Below are positions 35,468 to 43,481 of a stretch of DNA of 53,401 nucleotides, piece by piece. Origin of the DNA: an uncultured bacterium. GTDB lineage: Bacteria; Chlamydiota; Chlamydiia; Chlamydiales; SM23-39. How positions within the stretch are numbered: the stretch's first letter is position 1; the number at the start of each line of letters is the position of its first letter. The notes under the pieces were generated by a model. The model saw nothing but the letters and a program-made list of their open reading frames with translations, did not search any database and was not told the origin of the DNA. Both the position numbers and the translations under genes were made by a program. The stretch is taken from the NCBI GenBank assembly GCA_964415395.1, contig CAYPZU010000004.1:1287-54687 (forward strand), in the 5' to 3' direction.

Positions 35468-35547
35468 CTGAATTTGAGACCCGCCTGCATCGCTAAACTT
35501 TTTAAGTTTAGCTTCTTCGGCGCCGACAAAGCCTGGCTCAAATTCAG
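35468..35547. repeat. Nested inverted repeat: 11-bp outer arms enclosing a perfect 9-bp hairpin
   Basis: CTGAATTTGAG (35468-35478) pairs with CTCAAATTCAG (35537-35547). The inner hairpin is GCTAAACTT ttt AAGTTTAGC (35492-35512), followed by ttctt. Confidence 0.85.
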
Positions 35548-35587
35548 GGCGGCCTAAGGCCCGGTTCGCATTCGCTCACCTGCTTCC

Positions 35588-35618
35588 CTTTGAAAATGTC
35601 CCCCGGACATTTTCAAAG
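35588..35618. repeat. Perfect 14-bp-arm palindrome (stem-loop), about 120 nt upstream of the next CDS
   Basis: CTTTGAAAATGTCC ccc GGACATTTTCAAAG. No flanking T-tract on either strand. Confidence 0.9.
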
Positions 35619-35739
35619 TGTCCGCAGCCTTGCCATATTCCCGACCCTTCAAATTGTTTGCGTATAACTCTTTTTTCTTGCGCAAAAGAAAATCTTATCT
35701 TAGCATTCCCGCTCCGAAAAAAATTTGGAGTTGCAAAAC

Positions 35740-36633
35740 ATGTACCCCCCACAAGAAGCCGCCTTCCGCCGCGCCCCCGCTTTCGACTATCCGCTCGACG
35801 CCCCGCCTCCACCAAGAGAAAATAGAGGAATCCAGGCTGTCTATCAGCTCGCCGTTGAATATTTCCGCACTGTCATCCGCAAATGCGCTCAAGCCATGAC
35901 AGTCTTCTTCGACTGTCTCCGCAACTGCTGCACCCGCTGCCGCAGAGGGGTTCAGGAGATCCGCATCGACCAGGCCGCAAGACGGGAGCTGAGACGGGAA
36001 CATCGAATGCAGGTAGATGGCTTTGAGATCAATCAGCCGGAAGCAGAAGAGATCGATCCGCCGGAAGGAATACCTGACGCGGCTCCGGAACTCATCGCCC
36101 ACGACGCCCCCATCGGGACGAAGCTAGCCGCCTACGCCGACATCCCGTCCGGCGATGGATTCATGCAGGCAGCCGTGAATCTTCATAGAGCGGCCCTGAG
36201 AGGCGAAGACGCCCTCATCCCCGACGACCCGGAAGCTCACGCTCCCAGAATGCTCGAGAACTTCGACCGGCTTGTGACGGACAGAGACGCCCAGCTTTTC
36301 GTAGCGCTCCTCCAGATCAGCATCCGCGCCTTCCTCTTCACCAACCGGACTCTGCCCGAGCATAGGACTCCCGACTACCTGAGAAAAGAGTACAGGCGCG
36401 GAGTCGGATTCAGAAACACCTACGACGATCTAACCGAACTGAGGAACCAATTCATTCTCTTGCCGAATAACGACAAAGCGATCATTTTCAATACCCTGGA
36501 GACAGGGGATGGAATCGACCACCTCCCTCTGACGCCTGCAGGCAGGGCTGTCCTGGGCCGGATCGGCGCGATTTCGAATGAACTCGTCCAAAGGAACCCG
36601 GCCTTCAACCATGCAGCGCAGGAAGTCCAATAA
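35740..36633 (+). CDS. Hypothetical protein, 297 aa, with an N-terminal Cys cluster
   Basis: The ORF is open from TTG 35725. ATG 35740 is preceded by GGAG 9 nt upstream. Contains ..FFDCLRNCCTRCRRG.. and no recognisable family motif. Confidence 0.6.
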   Translation: MYPPQEAAFRRAPAFDYPLDAPPPPRENRGIQAVYQLAVEYFRTVIRKCAQAMTVFFDCLRNCCTRCRRGVQEIRIDQAARRELRREHRMQVDGFEINQPEAEEIDPPEGIPDAAPELIAHDAPIGTKLAAYADIPSGDGFMQAAVNLHRAALRGEDALIPDDPEAHAPRMLENFDRLVTDRDAQLFVALLQISIRAFLFTNRTLPEHRTPDYLRKEYRRGVGFRNTYDDLTELRNQFILLPNNDKAIIFNTLETGDGIDHLPLTPAGRAVLGRIGAISNELVQRNPAFNHAAQEVQ

Positions 36634-36698
36634 AAGATTCAATTGAACGAATTTGATCTTGTGAGATATCCCCCCCTCTCCTATGCTTTTAAGTAAGT

Positions 36699-38849
36699 AT
36701 GAAACAAAGAAGAAGGAGAGGGGGTCCCCCTCCCGCCCAAAAGCCGAGCAAGTCGGAAAAAATAGCTCGGAATCTAGCTAAAACGCTACGCCAATACCTC
36801 CAGGGAAGACGTTACAAACCCTCCTCCCTGAACGAACTCATCGCCCAGCTCGCCATCCCCGAAGTCCACCACGACCTTTTTGAAAAGGTCCTTGGCGAGA
36901 TGGTCTCCACGAACGAACTCGCCCTTGAAAAGCATAAATACGCAGTCCCCTCGACCGCCCAGCGGGTGATCGGATCGATCAGCGTCCATAAAAAAGGATT
37001 CGGATTCCTCCGGCAAACCGAAGGAAGCGACGTCTTCGTCCCCAAGCAGTACATGATGGACGCCGTCGACGGAGACGAAGTCGAAGTCGAAGTCAATCCG
37101 GTCGTATCCGCCAAAGGCCCCGAAGGGCGCGTCATCGCGATTTTGAAGCGAAGCCGCACCCACCTGGCCGGCATCATCGTCTCTAAAACAGGCCGCCACT
37201 ACACCGCCTACGCTCCCCTCCTGGGACCCGACAAGCCCGTCATCGTCAAACCCAAAGGGCACCCCCTCAAAGAAGGGGACCGGATCATCTGCAAAGTGAT
37301 CGAATGGAGCAACAGCGAAGAGATGGTCGAAGCCGAAGCCGACCGGGTGATCGGCCACATCTCCGACCCCTCCATCGACATCAAGGCCGCCATCGAAGAA
37401 TTTGAGATTCCCGACGGCTTTACTGAAGAAGCTCTCGAAGAAGCCAGATCGTACGGAAGCAAAATTTCCCCTAAAGAGGCGAAAAACCGCCTCGACATCA
37501 CCGATTGGGAATGCGTCACCATCGACCCGGACACGGCAAAAGACTTCGACGACGCGATCACATTGACCTGCGACGAGAAAGGGCACTACCATCTTGGCGT
37601 ACACATCGCCGACGTCGCTCACTACGTTAAAAGCGGCAGCCATCTCGACCAGGAAGCGCTCACCCGCTGCAACTCCACCTATTTCCCTGGGCAATGCGTA
37701 CCGATGCTCCCTGAAGAGCTCTCCAACGAACTTTGCAGCTTAAAGCCGAACGTCAAACGGCTCACCCAGTCCATATTCGCCGAGTTCAACCCGAACGGAG
37801 ACCTCGTCCACTACAAAGTCGCCCGCTCCTGCATCAAGAGCCAGAAGCGATTCACATATAAAGAAGCGCTCCAGGTCATCGAGAAGAAAAAGAAAAGCCC
37901 CCATCTTCCGCTTCTGGAACGGATGGTCGCCCTTTGCGCCCTCCTGAAGAAAAAACGGAACGAGCGCGGCAGCATCGACTTCGCCATGGCCGACGACGTC
38001 ATTCTCGTCGACGACAAGGGCGTCCCTCTCAAAATCGAGCGGGTCGAATACGACATCACCCACCAGATGATCGAAGAGTTCATGCTGAAGGCGAACGAAA
38101 TCGCAGCCCGCCACCTCGCAGACCAGGGAAAAACGCTCATCTACCGCGTCCACGAGCAGCCCAATGCGGAATCGTTCCAGGAATTCTATGCGTTCGCCCG
38201 TTCGCTCGGCTTCCAGATGCCGGCAACCCCTACGCACCGCGATATTCAGAAGCTCTTCCACGACGCCAAGGAACATCCTGACCTGCACGCTCAGCTTTCG
38301 GTTCATTTCATCCGGAGCATGCGGCTCGCCTGCTACTCCTCGGAAAACCTCGGCCACTACGGCCTTGCGCTCGAACACTATTGCCACTTCACAAGCCCGA
38401 TCCGCAGATACACCGACCTGATCATCCAGCGGCTCCTCTTCGACGAGCTGCCCGATGCGACCGACCTCGAAGACGTCGCCGCCGCCTGCTCGGAAAAAGA
38501 GAGGATCTCGTTCCGCGCCGAAAGCTCCGTCGTCATCCTCAAAAAATTGCGCCTTGCGGAACAGTCTTTCAGAGATGACCCCGAACGCGAATATAAAGCG
38601 CTCGTCACAAAAATCCGCCCCTTTGCTCTCCAGTTCGAAGTCCCCCTCTTCGACCTCGAAGGAACGCTCCACGTCTCGCAGATCGGCAACGACTACTACG
38701 AGTACAACGCGGCGCGGATGCAGCTCCGGGGCAGCAGATCAGGAAAAACATACCAGGCAGGACAGGAAATTTTGGTCCGCCTCTCAAGGATCAACCTCAT
38801 CCTGCAGCAAGCCGAATGGGCGATCGTCTCTCCCAAAAAAGAAAAATGA
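36699..38849 (+). CDS. rnr: Ribonuclease R (VacB)
   Basis: 716 aa. RNB catalytic region ..IDPDTAKDFDDAI.., ..HFTSPIRRYTDL.., and a C-terminal S1-like domain. Confidence 0.95.
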   Translation: MKQRRRRGGPPPAQKPSKSEKIARNLAKTLRQYLQGRRYKPSSLNELIAQLAIPEVHHDLFEKVLGEMVSTNELALEKHKYAVPSTAQRVIGSISVHKKGFGFLRQTEGSDVFVPKQYMMDAVDGDEVEVEVNPVVSAKGPEGRVIAILKRSRTHLAGIIVSKTGRHYTAYAPLLGPDKPVIVKPKGHPLKEGDRIICKVIEWSNSEEMVEAEADRVIGHISDPSIDIKAAIEEFEIPDGFTEEALEEARSYGSKISPKEAKNRLDITDWECVTIDPDTAKDFDDAITLTCDEKGHYHLGVHIADVAHYVKSGSHLDQEALTRCNSTYFPGQCVPMLPEELSNELCSLKPNVKRLTQSIFAEFNPNGDLVHYKVARSCIKSQKRFTYKEALQVIEKKKKSPHLPLLERMVALCALLKKKRNERGSIDFAMADDVILVDDKGVPLKIERVEYDITHQMIEEFMLKANEIAARHLADQGKTLIYRVHEQPNAESFQEFYAFARSLGFQMPATPTHRDIQKLFHDAKEHPDLHAQLSVHFIRSMRLACYSSENLGHYGLALEHYCHFTSPIRRYTDLIIQRLLFDELPDATDLEDVAAACSEKERISFRAESSVVILKKLRLAEQSFRDDPEREYKALVTKIRPFALQFEVPLFDLEGTLHVSQIGNDYYEYNAARMQLRGSRSGKTYQAGQEILVRLSRINLILQQAEWAIVSPKKEK

Positions 38850-39433
38850 TCCCCCTCTCCTACTACCAGAGCGGGGACGTCGTTCAGCTCGCCCGCTCGC
38901 TTCTCGGCAAATCGCTTTTCACCCTCATCAACGGCGAACTCACCGGCGGGATCATCATCGAAACCGAAGCGTATGCGGGAGCGCGCGACAAAGCGTGCCA
39001 TTCCTACAACAACCGGCGCACACCCCGCAACGAACCGATGTTCGCCGCCGGCGGAATCGCCTACGTCTACCTCTGCTACGGCATCCACCACCTCCTCAAC
39101 ATCATCACCGGAGCCGAAAACGATCCCGTCGGCATTTTGCTCCGCGCCATACAGCCCACCCATGGCATCGAAACGATGCTGCGGCGCCGCGGCCATCCGA
39201 AACTCTCTTCGCTGGCCTCCGGCCCCGGCTCTTTGACCCAGGCTCTCGGCGTCACCCTGCAGCATAACAAAATCCCCCTCGACAGCCCCGCTCTCTGGCT
39301 CGAAGAGGGTCCTCCGCCCCGCGCAATCGAGGCCGGCCCCCGCATCGGGGTCGCCTACGCAGGCGAGGACGCCCTTCTCCCCTACCGTTTTCAATCCGTT
39401 GCTTGCGAAATAACGGATTCCGCGTCATCATGA
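38846..39433 (+). CDS. mpg: DNA-3-methyladenine glycosylase (Mpg/AAG family)
   Basis: The family N-terminus MIPLSYYQ..VVQLARSLLGK.. starts at ATG 38846, an ATGA overlap with rnr. Also has ..IIETEAYAG..D.ACHSY..RTPRN..MF.. signatures. Confidence 0.88.
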   Translation: MIPLSYYQSGDVVQLARSLLGKSLFTLINGELTGGIIIETEAYAGARDKACHSYNNRRTPRNEPMFAAGGIAYVYLCYGIHHLLNIITGAENDPVGILLRAIQPTHGIETMLRRRGHPKLSSLASGPGSLTQALGVTLQHNKIPLDSPALWLEEGPPPRAIEAGPRIGVAYAGEDALLPYRFQSVACEITDSASS

Positions 39434-39437
39434 AGGG

Positions 39438-40052
39438 ATGAAGAAGTACTTTTTCACCGGGCTCGTCACGCTCCTTCCAGTCGCAGTTACCTTCTGGATC
39501 GTCCATTTCCTCGTTCGCCTTCTGACGCAGCCCTTCGTCGGCATCGTCTCGGCGATTTTCCATCAGTTCCCCATCGTCTCCGAGCAGTTCATTCGGATTT
39601 TGAGCCAGATCACGATTCTGGTCTTTCTCTTCGTCTTCACGGTATTCCTCGGATTCGTCGCCCGCCGCTTTTTCTTTGGGCAGATGATCCAGCTTGGAGA
39701 TAAGATCCTCCACAAAATCCCTCTCGTGAATAAAGTCTACAAAACCTCGAAAGAGATCGTCCAATCGCTGTTCGGCACAGACAAAAACTCTTTCCAGCAA
39801 ACAGTCCTCCTCCCGTTCCCCTACGAAGGAAGCTACTGCATCGGACTCATTACCCGGGAAGCCCCGAAAAAATGCGAAGAACAGGCCAATCAGGAACTGA
39901 TCTCCGTCTTCATCCCCACTACCCCCAACCCCACCACCGGCTTCCTCGTCATGTGCAAAAAATCAGACCTGATCTTCCTCAATATGAAAAGCGAAGAAGC
40001 TATTAAATACGTCGTCTCCTGCGCCGTCATCCAACCTGCGGGACGCCCATGA
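39438..40052 (+). CDS. DUF502-family membrane protein (copy 1)
   Basis: 204 aa. MKKYFFTGLVTLLPVAVTFWIVHFLVRLLTQPF.., ..IPLVNKVYKTSKEI.., ..PTTPNPTTGFLV.. Confidence 0.75.
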   Translation: MKKYFFTGLVTLLPVAVTFWIVHFLVRLLTQPFVGIVSAIFHQFPIVSEQFIRILSQITILVFLFVFTVFLGFVARRFFFGQMIQLGDKILHKIPLVNKVYKTSKEIVQSLFGTDKNSFQQTVLLPFPYEGSYCIGLITREAPKKCEEQANQELISVFIPTTPNPTTGFLVMCKKSDLIFLNMKSEEAIKYVVSCAVIQPAGRP

Positions 40053-40702
40053 TCAAAAAACATCTCCTTACCGGCATCGTCATCCTCCTTCCAGTTGCTC
40101 TGACCCTCGTCGTAATCATCTTCCTCTTCGATTTTTTTACGACCCCTTTCGTCACGATCCTCAATCCGGCGATCCACCTCGTCGAAACCCAGCTTCCGTT
40201 CCCCGTGCCCCATTGGTTCGTCCTCTTCCTCTCCCGCCTCTTTTCGCTCGCGTTTCTCTGCTTCTTCATCCTCTTCCTCGGCTTTGTCACTCAGTGGCTC
40301 CTCATCAAAAACCTCTTCGGCCTGGGCAATAAAATCATGTCCCGCATCCCGATCATCAAAACGATCTACAAAGTCGCCCACGAGATTTTTAGCGCCCTCT
40401 TTGCGACTGACGGGAAGAAAGCATTTAAAGAGGCGGTTATGGTTCCGTTCCCCCACAAAGGGAGCTACTGCATGGGATTCCGCGCCGGAGAAGTCGCTGA
40501 AGAGTGCAGGGAAAAAATACCCGTCCCGGTCGCCTCGGTTTTCGTCCCTACTGCGCCCCACCCGATTTCAGGCTTCCTCGTCCTCGTGCCCGAAAGCGAC
40601 GTCAAAACCGTCGACCTGTCGAATGAGGAAGCGCTTAAATTCCTCGTCTCCTGCGGCATGATCGTCCCCGAAGCCCCTGCAAGGCCGCTCAATGAAACCT
40701 GA
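40049..40702 (+). CDS. DUF502-family membrane protein (copy 2, tandem paralogue)
   Basis: 217 aa with the same architecture: MIKKHLLTGIVILLPVALTLVVIIFLFDFFTTPF.., ..IPIIKTIYKVAHEI.., ..PTAPHPISGFLV.. ATGA overlap with copy 1. Confidence 0.75.
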   Translation: MIKKHLLTGIVILLPVALTLVVIIFLFDFFTTPFVTILNPAIHLVETQLPFPVPHWFVLFLSRLFSLAFLCFFILFLGFVTQWLLIKNLFGLGNKIMSRIPIIKTIYKVAHEIFSALFATDGKKAFKEAVMVPFPHKGSYCMGFRAGEVAEECREKIPVPVASVFVPTAPHPISGFLVLVPESDVKTVDLSNEEALKFLVSCGMIVPEAPARPLNET

Positions 40703-41120
40703 CCTCCCCCTCTCCCGCGTCGTCTTTTTCCAGGTTCAGGACAGCGCCTCCAAACTCAAGAAAATAGTTGAATCCGCCCAGTACCATTTCGAGCGGAAAG
40801 AGCCAATCCTCATTCTCGTCGAGGACGCCCGTTCGCAGGAGTTCGTAGACGAACTCCTCTGGAAACTCCCCGAATCGAGCTTCCTGCCCCACATAGCCGC
40901 CGACACCCCCGTCCCGGACCTCGTCGCCGTCTCTAAAGCCAAATTCAACGTCAACCAGGCGAAAGCCGCCTTCAACCTCTGCCCCACCCCGCTCCTCATC
41001 GAAGGCCCTTTCCGGATCATCTACGAATTCGAAGATCTCACCTCGCCTGCCAAAAAATCCCTTTCTTCGATCCGGTACGACGCCTACAAACAGGCCCGCT
41101 ACGCCATCGAAGCCCGCTAA
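40692..41120 (+). CDS. holC: DNA polymerase III chi subunit-like protein
   Basis: 142 aa. ..ILILVEDARSQEFVDELLWKLPESSFLPHI.. matches the HolC core pattern (..DelLW....sFlPH..). Confidence 0.7.
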   Translation: MKPDLPLSRVVFFQVQDSASKLKKIVESAQYHFERKEPILILVEDARSQEFVDELLWKLPESSFLPHIAADTPVPDLVAVSKAKFNVNQAKAAFNLCPTPLLIEGPFRIIYEFEDLTSPAKKSLSSIRYDAYKQARYAIEAR

Positions 41121-41144
41121 CAGTCCTTAAAATATTTTTCACCA

Positions 41145-41173
41145 TTGCCGAATTGTCGCCTTTTCTTTATAAT
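41145..41173 (+). promoter_or_regulatory. Near-consensus sigma70/66-type promoter (TTGCCG-17 nt-TATAAT)
   Basis: TTGCCG (41145-41150), a 17-nt spacer, then a perfect TATAAT (41168-41173). It lies about 32 nt upstream of ATG 41206, which has a GGAGA box. Confidence 0.5.
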
Positions 41174-41205
41174 TTCCCATTCATACAACGCGATCGGAGA
41201 ACAAC

Positions 41206-41382
41206 ATGACTCGGATGAGTAAACAAGGGAAAGTTCGGCACGAATCCCCGCGCCGTCCCCGCCCGCCTGCTCCTAAAACAGGCCCCAAAAGAGACAAACT
41301 GGAATTCGGACACAAAATTCACGCCAATGCGGCTCCTGCAACAGATGCTGCGGCTAACCGATTCATCCCTAAAATTGGATAA
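41206..41382 (+). CDS. Small basic Pro/Arg-rich protein, 58 aa
   Basis: Below the ORF-track cutoff. A GGAGA box lies 7 nt upstream. Sequence: MTRMSKQGKVRHESPRRPRPPAPKTGPKRDKLEFGHKIHANAAPATDAAANRFIPKIG. A promoter lies immediately upstream. Confidence 0.5.
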   Translation: MTRMSKQGKVRHESPRRPRPPAPKTGPKRDKLEFGHKIHANAAPATDAAANRFIPKIG

Positions 41383-41388
41383 AGAACC

Positions 41389-41553
41389 ATGACAAGACAC
41401 GGAAGCTACGGCAAAAGCAACAAGGGCGGAAAAAAACGGAACGTCCTGAAGCGCTTCGAGCGCATCGACGTCCTCCGCAAATTAGGCAAGTGGAACGACG
41501 GACAAAACAAGCGAGTCACGGGCCTGCCCAAAACTCCTTCTACAGCCGTATAA
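41389..41553 (+). CDS. Small basic protein, 54 aa (resembles the PVC-group small basic protein family)
   Basis: Below the ORF-track cutoff. Sequence: MTRHGSYGKSNKGGKKRNVLKRFERIDVLRKLGKWNDGQNKRVTGLPKTPSTAV. The RNVLKRFERI...GLPKT pattern is what I recall for that family. Confidence 0.55.
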   Translation: MTRHGSYGKSNKGGKKRNVLKRFERIDVLRKLGKWNDGQNKRVTGLPKTPSTAV

Positions 41554-41558
41554 ATTAC

Positions 41559-41578
41559 AGGGAGCCGCAAGGCTCCCT
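41559..41578 (+). other. GC-rich hairpin with a GCAA tetraloop between the small ORFs and ybeY
   Basis: AGGGAGCC gcaa GGCTCCCT, followed by tccccc. There is no U-tract, so it is not a canonical terminator. Confidence 0.6.
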
Positions 41579-41586
41579 TCCCCCCT

Positions 41587-42027
41587 GTGAAAATACACAT
41601 ATCCAACCAGCAAAAATCACTCCTCCTGGCCAAGCCTGCAATTAAGGCTCTGGTAGAGGCGACCCTGTCCCATCTTAAAATCTCCTGCGACGAAGTGAGC
41701 CTTTACTTCGTAAATGAAAAAAAAATCTGCCAGCTCCACGAACATTTCTTCAACGACCCCACCCCTACCGACTGCATCTCATTCCCTCTCGACGACTCCC
41801 ATCTCGGCGAAGTCTTTGTCTGCCCAGCCACTGCAATCGCCTATGCCGAGCAGCGCGGGCTAGACCCCTTTGACGAAACGGCCCTCTACATCATCCACGG
41901 GCTCCTCCACCTCGCAGGCTATGACGACCTGGAACCCAAAGCAAGAAGAACCATGCGGAAAAAAGAGAAAAGCTGTATGGATCATCTCAGGCTGAAAGGA
42001 ATTTCGCTCAAGCCCCGCCGCGAGTAA
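41587..42027 (+). CDS. ybeY: Endoribonuclease YbeY (rRNA maturation factor)
   Basis: 146 aa with a GTG start. Motif IIHGLLHLAGYDD: the third metal-ligand position is Asp rather than the usual His. Confidence 0.85.
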   Translation: MKIHISNQQKSLLLAKPAIKALVEATLSHLKISCDEVSLYFVNEKKICQLHEHFFNDPTPTDCISFPLDDSHLGEVFVCPATAIAYAEQRGLDPFDETALYIIHGLLHLAGYDDLEPKARRTMRKKEKSCMDHLRLKGISLKPRRE

Positions 42028-42034
42028 GAAGATT

Positions 42035-43378
42035 ATGGTTGCCTTCCTGATCGAGAGCCCTGCGCTCCCCCTCATCTTTCTCTTTGCTTCGCTCGTCCTC
42101 ACCACTTGCAGCACCTCGCTCCTGCGCCTGGGCAAATTCAAGTCGAAAGAACTCTTCCGCTCGGAAGGAAGACCTCTCTTCTTCTTCCGCCCCCTCCTCA
42201 AATCGTTCTTCCCGAAAAACGAATGGGAAAACCTCTACTATTCGATTTCTCTCAGCAAACACATCTACGAACTCGCCTACGCCACGTCGAGCTTCTTCTA
42301 CCTCATGTCGTCGATCCCCGAGCTGCACGAAATCATCGTCGAAGCGCCCTCCGCGCACGACTGGCTCCCCCTCCTCTTTATCGGAGGCTCGATCATCGCT
42401 CTCTCCGTCATCCTCGACTTCTCGCTGCGCCTCCTGGCCAACGTCTGGAGCCGCCCCCTTCTCCGGCTCGCCGCCCCCTTCGCATCCCTCTTCCTGATCC
42501 TCCTCTTCCCGCTCGTCGGACTTTTCCTTCAATTCACCCGCGGCCTCCTGCGCAAAGTCCACCTCGAAGAAGAGTCGGGCGAAATCCTGACCGACAAAAC
42601 GAAACTCCGCGAGATGATCCGCGAATCGGAACTGCAGCACCACCTTGACGCCAGCGACCAGAAGCTCATCAGCTCCTTCGTCAGCTTTAAAAACAGAGTC
42701 GCCAAAGAAATCATGGTTCCCCGCGTCGACGTCTTCAGCCTTCCCTCCAACACCCCCTTGCGCGAAGCGGCCCGCCTCTTCGCCTCCGAAGGCTACAGCC
42801 GGATCCCCATCTATAAAGAAACTCTCGACCAGATCATCGGCGTCGCCCTCTACAAAGACCTCCTCCGCTGCTTCGCAGACCCATCCCTCGACCTCGACGC
42901 CCCTCTAGAAACTCTCGCCAAACCCGTTCTCTACGCTCCTGAGAACAAAAAGATCTCCCAGCTCCTGCAGGAATTCCGCGGCAAGCAGATCCACATGGCG
43001 ATCATCGTCGATGAATACGGCGGCACCGAAGGAATCGTCACCATCGAAGACATCCTCGAAGAACTCGTCGGCGAGATCGAAGACGAATACGATATCGGCG
43101 AAGACCGCGATTTCTGGGAACTGCCCACAGGCGGCTGGGTCGTCGACGCCAAGATGAGCATCAACGACATCCAGGACCAGCTCGGCGTCCGGATTCCAGA
43201 AAACCCCGAATACGAAACGATCGGCGGCTACGTCTTCCATTGCGCCGGCACCATTCCCGCCAAAGGGTGGCGCCTTTCGCATGACGACTTCGACCTCGAA
43301 GTCCTCTCCTCAAACGAGCGCTCCATCAAAAAGATCAAAATCGTCCCCCGCTCCAAGCCTCCCTCCGAAATTTCCTAA
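42035..43378 (+). CDS. CNNM/TlyC-family membrane protein (DUF21 + CBS pair + CorC_HlyC domain)
   Basis: 447 aa with 4 N-terminal TM segments. ..IMVPRVDV.., ..IPIYKETLDQIIGV.., ..HMAIIVDEYGGTEGIVTIEDILEELVGEI.., C-terminal ..IGGYVF.. Confidence 0.88.
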   Translation: MVAFLIESPALPLIFLFASLVLTTCSTSLLRLGKFKSKELFRSEGRPLFFFRPLLKSFFPKNEWENLYYSISLSKHIYELAYATSSFFYLMSSIPELHEIIVEAPSAHDWLPLLFIGGSIIALSVILDFSLRLLANVWSRPLLRLAAPFASLFLILLFPLVGLFLQFTRGLLRKVHLEEESGEILTDKTKLREMIRESELQHHLDASDQKLISSFVSFKNRVAKEIMVPRVDVFSLPSNTPLREAARLFASEGYSRIPIYKETLDQIIGVALYKDLLRCFADPSLDLDAPLETLAKPVLYAPENKKISQLLQEFRGKQIHMAIIVDEYGGTEGIVTIEDILEELVGEIEDEYDIGEDRDFWELPTGGWVVDAKMSINDIQDQLGVRIPENPEYETIGGYVFHCAGTIPAKGWRLSHDDFDLEVLSSNERSIKKIKIVPRSKPPSEIS

Positions 43379-43481
43379 CCCTCAAAGAAAAACGGACTGG
43401 ATACAGCTCCGTGCTGCAAGCCCCCTTGCAAAAGAATGGAGGTTGGGGCAAAATGGATCCTCAATTTGAGGGAGTTCCGGA

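Noticed and set aside
35555-35585. tRNA-like GGTTCG string (ggcccggttcgcattcgctcacc)
   Set aside because: The flanks do not form a T-stem. No acceptor, anticodon or D arms can be drawn.
36786-38672. Minus-strand ORFs of 302 and 310 aa
   Set aside because: They are antisense to rnr (RNase R).
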